A stretch of DNA of 62,000 bases, the filler included. It is 3 parts of 3 records of this genome, joined end to end, with 100 filler letters (N's around TTAATTAATTAA, not from the genome) between each part and the next. Parts side by side here need not be neighbours in the genome. Positions count along the whole stretch, not along the records: positions 12,448 to 29,943 come from SRR20825010_7143; positions 30,044 to 62,000 come from SRR20825010_7145; 1 more part is not named here. One strand, given 5' to 3'. A program made the position numbers and the translations under genes. Position 1 is the stretch's first letter; each line of letters starts with the position of its first letter. Below are positions 22,968 through 31,709 of this stretch, one piece after another. The notes under the pieces were generated by a model. It did not search any database. It was not told where the DNA came from and saw only the letters and a program-made list of their open reading frames with translations.

Positions 22968-23358
22968 TATCGCAAAATAAATAAGTATTTTTTATTTCAA
23001 AACCTTTCTTTTTGTAATTTATTTTTATTATTATTTTCGTTTTATTCAATATTTCTCATTTGTAAGTAGTTACATACAATTATTACGTAAAAAGAATTTT
23101 TTTAAAGTATAAAAGAAAATAAACGAAATTATTTAGTTTCGAATAGAGTAAATGAAATAGGGTGTTGGATGCTATAAAAACAAATAGCTCAAGCAACGTT
23201 ATTTATAAAGAATAATTTTAGTCTCTTACAGAGAGATTAATCAATTTGGAACTATTTATTCAGGCAATAGTGCGTTATATTTTCGATAGTATCTAAATAT
23301 ACTCAGCAGTTAATTTTTTATAACTCATTGCATTTTCTCATTTTTCAGTATTAAATAG

Positions 23359-23366
23359 TAGCTTTG
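23359..23366 (+). promoter_or_regulatory. Bacteroidetes sigma-70 -7 element (TAnnTTTG)
   Basis: TAGCTTTG ending 27 nt before the ketosynthase start. Confidence 0.5.
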
Positions 23367-23392
23367 CATTTGATAATGTAGATGAATTACCA

Positions 23393-24550
23393 ATGGATAA
23401 AAAAATTGCAATTACTGCACTTTCTTCAATTTCTGCACTTGGAAGTGTTACTCAAGAAATTTGGAACAATTACCTTAATAAAAATCATTTTTTAAAAGAA
23501 CACGACTTTAATTCTCAAAAGGCTTTAGTAGCTTCTTTGTCGGATGAAAGTAAAGACAAAATAGAGGCTTTAAGAGTCTCGGATATTAAATATAAGAGTT
23601 TAGATAATTCTGTTTTGTATGCTATGTTAACTGCACGTGATGCGGTAAAGCAAGCAGGATGGGAAACTGGAGATGACTTCGGAATTAATATTGGTTCCTC
23701 ACGTGGAGCAACTGCTTTATTTGAAAAATACCATGAGGAATATTTAAAAGAAGGGAAATCTAGTACGCTTGCTTCTCCTACAACTACTTTAGGTAATATA
23801 TCTTCTTGGTTGGCGCACGACTTACAATCTGAGGGGCCAGAACTTTCGCATTCTATTACTTGTTCTACTGCTTTGCATGCGCTTGTAAATGGTGTGGCAT
23901 GGTTAAAAAGTGGGATGAGTACTAAGTTTTTGGTAGGCGGGAGTGAAGCGAGTTTAACCCCTTTTACCATTGCTCAAATGAAGGCTTTAAAGATTTATGC
24001 TGAAAACAATGGAGATACGTATCCATGTAAGGCATTAGATTTTAATAAAAATCGAAATACAATGGCTTTAGGAGAAGGTGCTTCGGTTATTTGTATGGAA
24101 ACAGATACTAGTAAAAAGGTCTTGGCTTATATTGAAGGAGTAGGATATGCTACGGAAGTACTTAAACACAATATTTCTATTTCTGATGATGCTGAATGTT
24201 TTCAGAAATCGATGAAAATGGCATTAAAAAATACTAATTTAGAGGAAGTAGATATTGTAGTGATGCATGCGCCAGGAACTATTAAAGGAGATAGTACCGA
24301 GGTAAAAGCAATAGAAAAAGTGTTTGGAAATGCAATGCCTGCTTTAACAACCAATAAATGGAAAATAGGCCATACCTTTGGAGCTTCTGGTTTATTGAGC
24401 TTAGAGCTAGGTGTTTTAATGATGCAACATCAAAAATTTATTGAAGTTCCATATATTGAACATACAGTAAAACCAAAACGAATAAAAAAAGTTTTAGTTA
24501 ATGCCGTTGGTTTTGGAGGCAATGCAGTAAGTGTATTGTTGTCTCTTTAA
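23393..24550 (+). CDS. Beta-ketoacyl synthase (FabB/FabF-like) protein linked to bioB
   Basis: Catalytic Cys in 'SITCSTAL', His in 'MHAPGT', His in 'KIGHTFGASG'; 'LGEGA'; 'NAVGFGG'. Confidence 0.88.
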   Translation: MDKKIAITALSSISALGSVTQEIWNNYLNKNHFLKEHDFNSQKALVASLSDESKDKIEALRVSDIKYKSLDNSVLYAMLTARDAVKQAGWETGDDFGINIGSSRGATALFEKYHEEYLKEGKSSTLASPTTTLGNISSWLAHDLQSEGPELSHSITCSTALHALVNGVAWLKSGMSTKFLVGGSEASLTPFTIAQMKALKIYAENNGDTYPCKALDFNKNRNTMALGEGASVICMETDTSKKVLAYIEGVGYATEVLKHNISISDDAECFQKSMKMALKNTNLEEVDIVVMHAPGTIKGDSTEVKAIEKVFGNAMPALTTNKWKIGHTFGASGLLSLELGVLMMQHQKFIEVPYIEHTVKPKRIKKVLVNAVGFGGNAVSVLLSL

Positions 24551-24652
24551 CTATGTTTTTAAAAGAAATTGAGATTTTTTTATACAAGAGAAAATTGTGT
24601 TTGAAGGGAAGTTAACCAAATGGAATTACTATTTTTGAATTTTAAAATGAAG

Positions 24653-24753
24653 TTGGCTTAGGGATTGAGAGGTATGTTTGAGCTCTTCCTGATTTTTTAT
24701 CAGGGAAGCGAGTAACGAAAGCCCGACCAGACTTTTTTGTCTGGGAAGCCCCG
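24653..24753 (+). ncRNA. Structured Flavobacteriaceae repeat RNA, Flavo-1-like
   Basis: GGC/GCC and GGG/CCC closing pairs enclose two hairpins, TTCCTGAT-t5-ATCAGGGA and CCAGAC-t6-GTCTGG. The 'AGGGAT...GAAAGCCCGACC' pattern matches my recollection of Flavo-1 elements; no Rfam scan was run. Confidence 0.55.
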
Positions 24754-24767
24754 AAATATTAGTTTTT

Positions 24768-25868
24768 ATGAGCGAAATAAGACATAATTGGACGCAAGAA
24801 GAGATTTTAGAAATTTATAATAAGCCTTTGATGGAGCTGCTTTATGAGGCGGCAACCATCCATAGGTTGCACCACGACCCGAATACGGTGCAGGTGTCAA
24901 CGTTACTTTCTATTAAAACAGGGGGGTGTCCAGAAGATTGCGGGTATTGCCCACAAGCAGCACGTTATCATACCGATATTGAGGGGAACGATTTAATGAC
25001 GGTGCCACATGTAAAAGCGCAGGCATTGCGTGCAAAAGCGGCAGGAAGTTCTCGTGTTTGTATGGGAGCAGCGTGGAGAAATGTAAAAGATGGTCCAGAA
25101 TTTGACCAAGTATTAGAGATGGTTCGTACCATTAATAAATTGGAAATGGAGGTTTGCTGTACGCTCGGAATGATTACAGAAAACCAAGCACAACGTTTGG
25201 CAGAAGCAGGTTTATATGCTTATAATCATAATTTAGATACTTCTGAAGAATATTATAAAGAGGTAATTTCTACCCGTGGTTTTGAAGACCGATTAGAAAC
25301 CATTGATAATGTTAGAAAAACTAATGTTACTGTTTGTAGTGGTGGAATTATTGGAATGGGAGAAAAAGTAGAAGATCGTGCCGGAATGTTGGTGGCACTT
25401 TCTACGTTGAGTCCGCAACCAGAATCGGTGCCAATTAATGCGTTGGTAGCTGTAGAAGGGACACCAATGGCTGAGGAAAAACCAGTAGAAATTTGGGACA
25501 TGATTCGTATGGTGGCAACTACACGTATTGTAATGCCACAAACGCAAGTACGTTTATCGGCAGGAAGAACTCAAATGAGTAGAGAAGGACAAGCCATGTG
25601 TTTCTTTGCTGGTGCAAATTCTATTTTTGCAGGAGATAAATTATTAACAACTCCTAATCCAGATGTAAATGAGGATATGGAAATGTTTAAAATGTTGGGG
25701 TTAAATGCGCAGAAGCCTTTTGTTAAAAAAGCACAACCAGAATCTGTTGACGCAGAAAAATCTCAGTACAAGCCCTTAGGAGAAAAGCCAAAATGGACGC
25801 GTCCAGGACATTCTATAGAAAGAAACGAATTGGCAAAAGAACAAGGAAAGACAGCCAAAACAGTATAG
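24768..25868 (+). CDS. bioB: Biotin synthase (radical SAM)
   Basis: CxxxCxxC 'CPEDCGYC', 'YNHNLDT', 'VCSGGIIGMGE', 'ESVPIN', 'VRLSAGR', 'GANSIFAGDKLLTT'. Confidence 0.98.
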   Translation: MSEIRHNWTQEEILEIYNKPLMELLYEAATIHRLHHDPNTVQVSTLLSIKTGGCPEDCGYCPQAARYHTDIEGNDLMTVPHVKAQALRAKAAGSSRVCMGAAWRNVKDGPEFDQVLEMVRTINKLEMEVCCTLGMITENQAQRLAEAGLYAYNHNLDTSEEYYKEVISTRGFEDRLETIDNVRKTNVTVCSGGIIGMGEKVEDRAGMLVALSTLSPQPESVPINALVAVEGTPMAEEKPVEIWDMIRMVATTRIVMPQTQVRLSAGRTQMSREGQAMCFFAGANSIFAGDKLLTTPNPDVNEDMEMFKMLGLNAQKPFVKKAQPESVDAEKSQYKPLGEKPKWTRPGHSIERNELAKEQGKTAKTV

Positions 25869-25914
25869 TCTAATTTATATAAAAGAACACCGTTTTTAAG
25901 GTTTAAACCATCAC

Positions 25915-25961
25915 AATTGTTTGTAATTATAGTAGTTTATAGCCTATAATTGCAAACAATT
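25915..25961 (+). terminator. AT-rich 18-bp hairpin between bioB and the JmjC gene
   Basis: AATTGTTTGTAATTATAG ... CTATAATTGCAAACAATT; the single mismatch is a U-G pair on the + strand. Confidence 0.45.
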
Positions 25962-25995
25962 TGTACTTTTATATAGTTTATTACAAGTTATTTTT

Positions 25996-26862
25996 ATGAA
26001 CTTAAGAGAGATTCCACGTTTAAAAACGATTTCTAAGGACGACTTTATTAAGCAGTATGTAAAACCTCAAAAGCCTGTTGTAATAGAGCAATTAACTCAA
26101 GATTGGCCAGCGTATAAAAAGTGGCATCTTAACTATATAAATGAGGTTGCAGGCGATAAAATTGTTCCTTTGTATGACGACAGACCTGTAACGCATGAAG
26201 ATGGTTTTAATGAGCCTCATGCAAAAATGAAAATGAGTGAGTATATTAACTTGCTAGAATCAAAACCTACCAATTACCGTATTTTTCTTTATAATTTAAT
26301 GAAAGAAGTACCATCATTGCAAACCGATTTTAAGTGGCCAGCTATTGGTTTGAAGTTATTTAAACAACTGCCAATGCTTTTCTTTGGAGGGGAAAATAGT
26401 AAGGTGTTTATGCATTTTGATATAGATTACTCTAATATTCTTCATTTTCATTTTCATGGGAAAAAGCAGTGTATTATTTTTCCGCCTAGCCAGTCAAAAT
26501 ATATGTATAAAGTACCGCATTCCTTGATTTCTCGAGAGGACATTGATTTTGATAATCCAGATTACGAAAAATGGCCAGCTTTAAAAAATGCAGAGGGGTA
26601 TATAACTCATTTAAACCATGGAGAGATGTTGTATATGCCAGAAGGATATTGGCATTATATGAAATATGAGACGCCTGGTTTTTCTATGAGTTTACGGTCA
26701 TACCCTAGAAAAGTAACGAGTCTTTTTAAAGCTACCTACAATGTGTTTGTTATGAGAAATTATGATAATTTAATGCGTAAATGGAAAGGACAAGCTTGGA
26801 TTGATAAAAAAAATGAACGTGCTATTATAGATACTCATAAAGAACTTGGAATAGAATCATAG
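25996..26862 (+). CDS. Cupin-like / JmjC-domain Fe(II)/2-oxoglutarate dioxygenase
   Basis: 'KPVVI..L..DWPA..KW' N-terminus; HxD...H triad in 'MHFDID' ... 'MPEGYWHY'; Lys in 'GKKQC'. Confidence 0.85.
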   Translation: MNLREIPRLKTISKDDFIKQYVKPQKPVVIEQLTQDWPAYKKWHLNYINEVAGDKIVPLYDDRPVTHEDGFNEPHAKMKMSEYINLLESKPTNYRIFLYNLMKEVPSLQTDFKWPAIGLKLFKQLPMLFFGGENSKVFMHFDIDYSNILHFHFHGKKQCIIFPPSQSKYMYKVPHSLISREDIDFDNPDYEKWPALKNAEGYITHLNHGEMLYMPEGYWHYMKYETPGFSMSLRSYPRKVTSLFKATYNVFVMRNYDNLMRKWKGQAWIDKKNERAIIDTHKELGIES

Positions 26863-26959
26863 AAACGGTTTAAGCTTTTTCTGCTTCTTGAAAAGAGCTC
26901 TATTTAATCAATCTCACTTTATCTCTTTTAAACAAAATAAATTCAAATAAGTTCTTGAT

Positions 26960-27247
26960 ATGAATTATTACGCCTTAACATATAAAACCGCTGATAACTA
27001 TTTAGAAGAGCGACCAAAATACAGAGCTGAACATTTAAAATTGGCTACTGAATTTGTGGAAAAAGGATATTTAGTTTTAGGAGGTGCTATGGAGAACCCT
27101 ACCGATGAGGCTTTGTTAATTTTTAAGGCTGAAAGTGATAAAATAGCCATCTCTTTTGCTGAAAACGACCCATATGTTAAAAACGGACTTGTAAAATTGT
27201 GGAGCGTTAGAAAATGGAATGTGGTTGTAAATAGTTTTGAGAAATAG
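26960..27247 (+). CDS. yciI: YciI-like protein
   Basis: 'R..YRAEHL', 'LGGA', 'FAENDPYVKNGLV..W.VR.W'. Confidence 0.85.
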   Translation: MNYYALTYKTADNYLEERPKYRAEHLKLATEFVEKGYLVLGGAMENPTDEALLIFKAESDKIAISFAENDPYVKNGLVKLWSVRKWNVVVNSFEK

Positions 27248-27265
27248 GGGGTAGGTCTAAACTTA

Positions 27266-27739
27266 TTAATCAATAAGCTCATTTACTTTATCGTATACTA
27301 AATGCGATTCCCAGCCACGGTATAATAAGTAATCTACTATTTTTTTCTTTTTTTTAAATCGGTCTTTTTCTGTAATTTGATTAGCCCTTTTTTCTGCTAA
27401 GGCATGTAAAGTTTTATAGTAATCTTCTTCTGAAATTTCCTTTAAAGCTGTTTGAATATTGAATCTCGAAATTTCTCGAAACTTAAGCTCGCGAACAATT
27501 CTGTTTTTTCCCCATTTTTTTATATTGAATTTTCCTCGAGCAAAACTTTTGGCAAAGCGTTCTTCATTTAAAAAGTTATGCTTAATAAGGTGTGCAATAA
27601 TAGTGTCTATTGCTAAGGGAATCATTTTCATATCTCTTAACTTATTTACTACTTCTTTATGACAACGGTCTTGGTAGGCGCAGTAACTCTCTAGTTTGCG
27701 TTTGGCTTCTTCAACGGTATACGACTTGACGTTATTCAT
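27266..27739 (-). CDS. recX: Regulatory protein RecX
   Basis: 'YCAYQDRC..EV..KL', 'FLNEERFA.SFARGKF..KKWG', 'YLLYRGWE'. Start is ATG 27739, or 27754 per the track. Confidence 0.9.
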   Translation of the reverse strand: MNNVKSYTVEEAKRKLESYCAYQDRCHKEVVNKLRDMKMIPLAIDTIIAHLIKHNFLNEERFAKSFARGKFNIKKWGKNRIVRELKFREISRFNIQTALKEISEEDYYKTLHALAEKRANQITEKDRFKKKKKIVDYLLYRGWESHLVYDKVNELID

Positions 27740-27812
27740 GGTGTAAAGGAACAAAAAAACATAAACTTACTTCTAGAAAAATTAGGATATTGAAGCAACA
27801 ATTAACTCACAA

Positions 27813-28313
27813 GTGATGATTAGTTACAATAAATCACAATTAAACACACCGAGACCAGGGTATAAAGCAATGATAATAGGCTTTTGCTTATTTTTATTTA
27901 TCCCTGTTATATTTTTTTCATTTTTGATTATTAATATGGAGTTTGAAGAACATATAATTTATGGGGAAATAGCTGATTTTAAAATTATAAGTGATAGTTT
28001 AGTAGATGCAAGTACTCATGGAGGTGATAATAGTGTCACTCATTTATATAATATAGAAGGATTAGATAAAATATTTTTGAAATCTGAAATAGTATTAAAC
28101 AATAGCTATTTAGATGAAAAGAATGAATTAAATTTTGTGAGCAATGTAAAAGGAGATACTGTAACTGTTAAAAGTATAGGTGAGGAGTCGGCCAAAATAT
28201 TACAATGGAAAGATATAGAATTGAGTACTCCTTTAAATTTTTGGGGTAAGTTTTGGCTGTTTATTTTAATACTCCTAACGCTCTCTTTTTTCTTATGTAA
28301 AACATTTATTTAA
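27813..28313 (+). CDS. Hypothetical membrane protein (N- and C-terminal hydrophobic helices)
   Basis: 166-aa ORF with two TM-like segments; no family recognised. Confidence 0.55.
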   Translation: MMISYNKSQLNTPRPGYKAMIIGFCLFLFIPVIFFSFLIINMEFEEHIIYGEIADFKIISDSLVDASTHGGDNSVTHLYNIEGLDKIFLKSEIVLNNSYLDEKNELNFVSNVKGDTVTVKSIGEESAKILQWKDIELSTPLNFWGKFWLFILILLTLSFFLCKTFI

Positions 28314-28397
28314 CAATAAAAATCTAATTACCCTTTTGAGTGCCAGCTTTAAAGCTCGTGCCAAGTATGAGTAAGAAGCAAGAAAAAGTAAAAAAAC

Positions 28398-28497
28398 ACT
28401 CCCTATAATCCCCTCAAGGGGATATCAAATGTGGAGAAGGGCAAAATGTTAAATAGGAGCAACAACAATTCCCCCTTGGAAGGGGGCTAGGGGGATG
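28398..28497. repeat. REP-like inverted pair (CCCC/GGGG hairpin type)
   Basis: Left half TCCCTATAATCCCC-TCAA-GGGGAT; right half TTCCCCCTT-GG-AAGGGGGCTAGGGGGA. They face each other across about 45 nt. Confidence 0.65.
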
Positions 28498-28502
28498 TAA
28501 AA

Positions 28503-28622
28503 CCCACGATGGTGCGCAATTGTATCGCGTTCCAAGGGGATTACCACACGTAAGGATTTGTGCGGCTAGGGTATTTGGGAATTATGTAATGGGAACGAGC
28601 GACACTTGAGCTACCATGGGGG
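28503..28622. repeat. REP/REPIN-like element, second family; left half repeated at the contig end
   Basis: 28510-28534 TGGTGCGCAATTGTATCGCGTTCCA matches 29918-29942 at 24/25 nt. Degenerate inverted partner GGAACG...ACCATGGGGG at 28592-28622. Confidence 0.6.
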
Positions 28623-28680
28623 AGGTAGATAACTAAAAGAATTTACTTATATTTAGTTTTACTAATTTAATTAACCAATT

Positions 28681-29781
28681 TTGAAACAACTTAAAGAACG
28701 CTATTTATCGTTAGACGTATTTAGAGGACTTACTCTTTTTTTAATGATAATTGTTAATACTCCTGGCTCTTGGAGTTTTATTTATAAACCTTTACATCAT
28801 GCACCTTGGAACGGATTTACCCTAACCGATTTAGTTTTTCCTACCTTTTTATTTGTCGTAGGAAATGCAATGAGTTTTAGTCTTAAAAAGTTTGAAGAAA
28901 TAGGAAATACAGCATTTCTTAAAAAAGTTTTTAAGCGTACTTTCCTTATCTTTTTAATAGGATTTCTATTGTATTGGTTTCCATTTTTTAAAGATGGAGC
29001 ATTAAAACCAATCTCCGAAACTAGAATATTTGGGGTATTACAACGCATAGCATTATGTTATTGTTTTGCAGCGCTTATACTTCATTATTGGAAACCAAAA
29101 GGAGCATTAATATTTAGTGTAATTGCCTTAGTTGGATACCATATAATTTTATTATTATTTGGAGATCTTACTATGCAAGAAAATGCTGCTATAAAAGCAG
29201 ATTTATGGCTAATAGGCTCTTCTCATATGTATAAAGGCGAAGGTTTTCCGTTTGATCCCGAAGGAGTTTTAAGCACATTACCTGCTATTGTAAATGTAAT
29301 TGCTGGATATTTTGCTGGTGTTTTTCTTCAGCAAAAAGGAAAAACATATGAAGCTATTGCAAAACTAACTATGGTAGGTGGGGTACTAATTTTTCTTGCC
29401 CTAGGGTGGGATTTGTTATTGCCTATCAATAAAAAGCTCTGGACAAGTTCTTATGTTTTATTAACTGTGGGAATTGATGTTATGGTGCTCTCTATTTTAG
29501 TGTTTGTTATTGAAATTTTGAAGAAGCGGAGTTGGACCTATTTTTTTGAGGTATTCGGTAAAAATCCTTTGTTTATTTATATTCTTTCAGGGGTATTTGC
29601 AACCTTATTATTCACTTTTTCTATAGGAGAAACTTCGGCTTATGGATGGATTGCTGAGAACGTATTTATGTCGTGGATGGGCAATCTATTTGGCTCTTTA
29701 ATGTTTGCATTGGTTTTTACAATGATCCTTTGGTTAATTGCTTATTATATGGATAAGAAGAAAATTTATATTAAGGTTTAA
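28681..29781 (+). CDS. HGSNAT/NagX-like membrane acyltransferase (DUF5009/DUF1624 type)
   Basis: 'RYLSLDVFRGLT..LMIIVN', 'HAPWNGFT.TDLVFP.FLF.VG', 'GVLQRIA', 'FDPEG.LST', 'PINKKLWTSSYV'. TTG start. Confidence 0.88.
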   Translation: MKQLKERYLSLDVFRGLTLFLMIIVNTPGSWSFIYKPLHHAPWNGFTLTDLVFPTFLFVVGNAMSFSLKKFEEIGNTAFLKKVFKRTFLIFLIGFLLYWFPFFKDGALKPISETRIFGVLQRIALCYCFAALILHYWKPKGALIFSVIALVGYHIILLLFGDLTMQENAAIKADLWLIGSSHMYKGEGFPFDPEGVLSTLPAIVNVIAGYFAGVFLQQKGKTYEAIAKLTMVGGVLIFLALGWDLLLPINKKLWTSSYVLLTVGIDVMVLSILVFVIEILKKRSWTYFFEVFGKNPLFIYILSGVFATLLFTFSIGETSAYGWIAENVFMSWMGNLFGSLMFALVFTMILWLIAYYMDKKKIYIKV

Positions 29782-29784
29782 GTA

Positions 29785-29906
29785 AATGTAGCTGTCTAAA
29801 AAGCAATTAAACGGTATGTGTTATTCTAAACTTGATGAAGGATAGGGGTTTGAGGGATTTTTAGAAGTTTGATAACTATAATTTACTTTTTAGACAGCCA
29901 TACATT
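29785..29906. mobile_element. MITE-like non-autonomous element with terminal inverted repeats
   Basis: Perfect 13-bp inverted repeats GCTGTCTAAAAAG (29791-29803) and CTTTTTAGACAGC (29886-29898), extended by AATGTA/TACATT. No ORF inside. Confidence 0.5.
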
Positions 29907-29912
29907 ATTCTT

Positions 29913-29943
29913 CCCGCTGGTGCGCGATTGTATCGCGTTCCAC
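29913..29943. repeat. REP-like hairpin at the contig end (second copy of the 28510 element)
   Basis: CCCGCTGGTGCGCGAT-TGT-ATCGCGTTCCAC; the assembly stops here. Confidence 0.65.
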
Positions 29944-30043
29944 NNNNNNNNNNNNNNNNNNNNNNNNNNNNNNNNNNNNNNNNNNNNTTAATTAATTAAN
30001 NNNNNNNNNNNNNNNNNNNNNNNNNNNNNNNNNNNNNNNNNNN
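29944..30043. other. Artificial contig spacer (44 N + TTAATTAATTAA + 44 N)
   Basis: Same layout as the spacer at 12348-12447. Confidence 0.98.
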
Positions 30044-30044
30044 G

Positions 30045-31628
30045 AACGACATTCTGAAGGAATTCATGGTCCGTAACACGTACATTTATCCACCTCTTCC
30101 ATCGATGAGGATTATTTCGGATATTTTCGAATATACTTCGCTGAACATGCCCAAGTTTAACTCGATTTCAATTTCGGGTTATCACATGCAAGAAGCTGGT
30201 GCAACAGCAGCCATCGAGCTAGCGTATACTCTTGCAGATGGATTAGAATACCTTCGTGCAGGAATCAACGCAGGAATGAACGTAGACGATTTTGCTCCTC
30301 GCTTGAGTTTCTTTTGGGCGATTGGAATGAATCACTTTACGGAAGTTGCAAAAATGCGTGCTGGACGAATGCTTTGGGCGAAATTGGTCAAACAATTCAA
30401 TCCAGAAAACGATAAATCTCTCGCACTTAGAACGCACTGTCAAACATCTGGATGGAGTTTAACCGAACAAGATCCGTTTAATAATGTAACGAGAACATGC
30501 ATCGAAGCATTGGCTGCTGCACTTGGAGGAACACAATCGCTTCATACAAACGCCCTCGACGAAGCTATTGCGCTTCCAACCGATTTTTCGGCGCGAATCG
30601 CTAGAAATACACAAATTTATCTTCAGGAAGAAATTGGACTCACAAAACTCGTTGATCCACTTGGAGGAAGTTACTACGTTGAAAAACTCACCGAAGAGCT
30701 TGTTGAAGAAGCATGGAAATTGATCTCAGAAGTAGAAGAACTTGGTGGAATGGCTAAAGCCATAGAAACTGGGATTCCAAAAATGAGAATTGAAGAAGCA
30801 GCTGCACGGAAACAAGCCAGAATAGATTCCGACAAAGACATTATTGTTGGAGTAAATCGCTATCAACTTGAGAAAGAAGATGTGATCGAAATCTTAGAAG
30901 TTGACAATACAAAAGTGCGGTTTTCTCAAATCGAGCGATTAACAACACTTAAGAATGAGCGCAATCCAGAGCAAGTAAAAAAGGTACTGGAAGAGCTTGA
31001 ACAAGCCGCTAAATCTGGTGAAGGAAACTTACTTGAAATTGCGATTCGCTGTGCGCGTGAAAGAGCTTCTTTGGGAGAGATTTCCACTGCACTTGAAAAT
31101 TCATACGGTCGTTATCAGGCAACTATTCGTTCAATTAACGGTGTATATTCATCAGAATCTATGGGAGACGAAGACTTTAACAAATCAAAAGAACTCGCTG
31201 ATCAATTCAGTAAATTGGAAGGAAGACGCCCTAGAATCATGATTGCGAAAATGGGACAAGATGGTCACGATCGCGGCGCGAAGGTGATTGCTACCTCATT
31301 TGCAGATATTGGATTTGATGTTGATATTGGTCCACTTTTCCAAACGCCCGAAGAAGCTGCTAAACAAGCTGTCGAAAATGACGTGCATATTTTAGGTGTT
31401 TCTTCCTTGGCTGCTGGACACAAAACCCTCGTTCCAAAAGTTATTGCCGAGCTAGAGAAGTTAGGAAGAGGCGATATAATGGTAGTTGCAGGAGGCGTTA
31501 TACCTCAGCAAGATTATGAATTCCTTTATGAAGCTGGAGTATTTGGAGTATTCGGTCCTGGAACAAAAATATCAAAAGCCGCCATTGACATTCTATCGTT
31601 ATTAATTCGCAGCTTTGAGGATAACTAA
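30045..31628 (+). CDS. scpA: Methylmalonyl-CoA mutase, large (catalytic, B12-binding) subunit, 5'-truncated
   Basis: Open from 30045: '[17 protein letters not shown]', '[14 protein letters not shown]', '[11 protein letters not shown]', '[11 protein letters not shown]', B12-binding 'GQDGHDRG', 'SSLAAGH'. Confidence 0.96.
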   Translation, partial: NDILKEFMVRNTYIYPPLPSMRIISDIFEYTSLNMPKFNSISISGYHMQEAGATAAIELAYTLADGLEYLRAGINAGMNVDDFAPRLSFFWAIGMNHFTEVAKMRAGRMLWAKLVKQFNPENDKSLALRTHCQTSGWSLTEQDPFNNVTRTCIEALAAALGGTQSLHTNALDEAIALPTDFSARIARNTQIYLQEEIGLTKLVDPLGGSYYVEKLTEELVEEAWKLISEVEELGGMAKAIETGIPKMRIEEAAARKQARIDSDKDIIVGVNRYQLEKEDVIEILEVDNTKVRFSQIERLTTLKNERNPEQVKKVLEELEQAAKSGEGNLLEIAIRCARERASLGEISTALENSYGRYQATIRSINGVYSSESMGDEDFNKSKELADQFSKLEGRRPRIMIAKMGQDGHDRGAKVIATSFADIGFDVDIGPLFQTPEEAAKQAVENDVHILGVSSLAAGHKTLVPKVIAELEKLGRGDIMVVAGGVIPQQDYEFLYEAGVFGVFGPGTKISKAAIDILSLLIRSFEDN

Positions 31629-31709
31629 TTGTATCATTTTTTTCCTAACTTTATTCAAAATTTTGTGTTCGGCACAGTATTTGAATTTGAAGAATCAAAA
31701 AACACTATT

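Noticed and set aside
23393..24550. Ketosynthase as part of a PKS, aryl-polyene or flexirubin cluster
   Set aside because: No ACP, chain-length factor, reductase or dehydratase genes are adjacent.
28398..29943. Repeats as a CRISPR array
   Set aside because: Only two copies about 1.4 kb apart, no regular repeat-spacer period and no cas genes.
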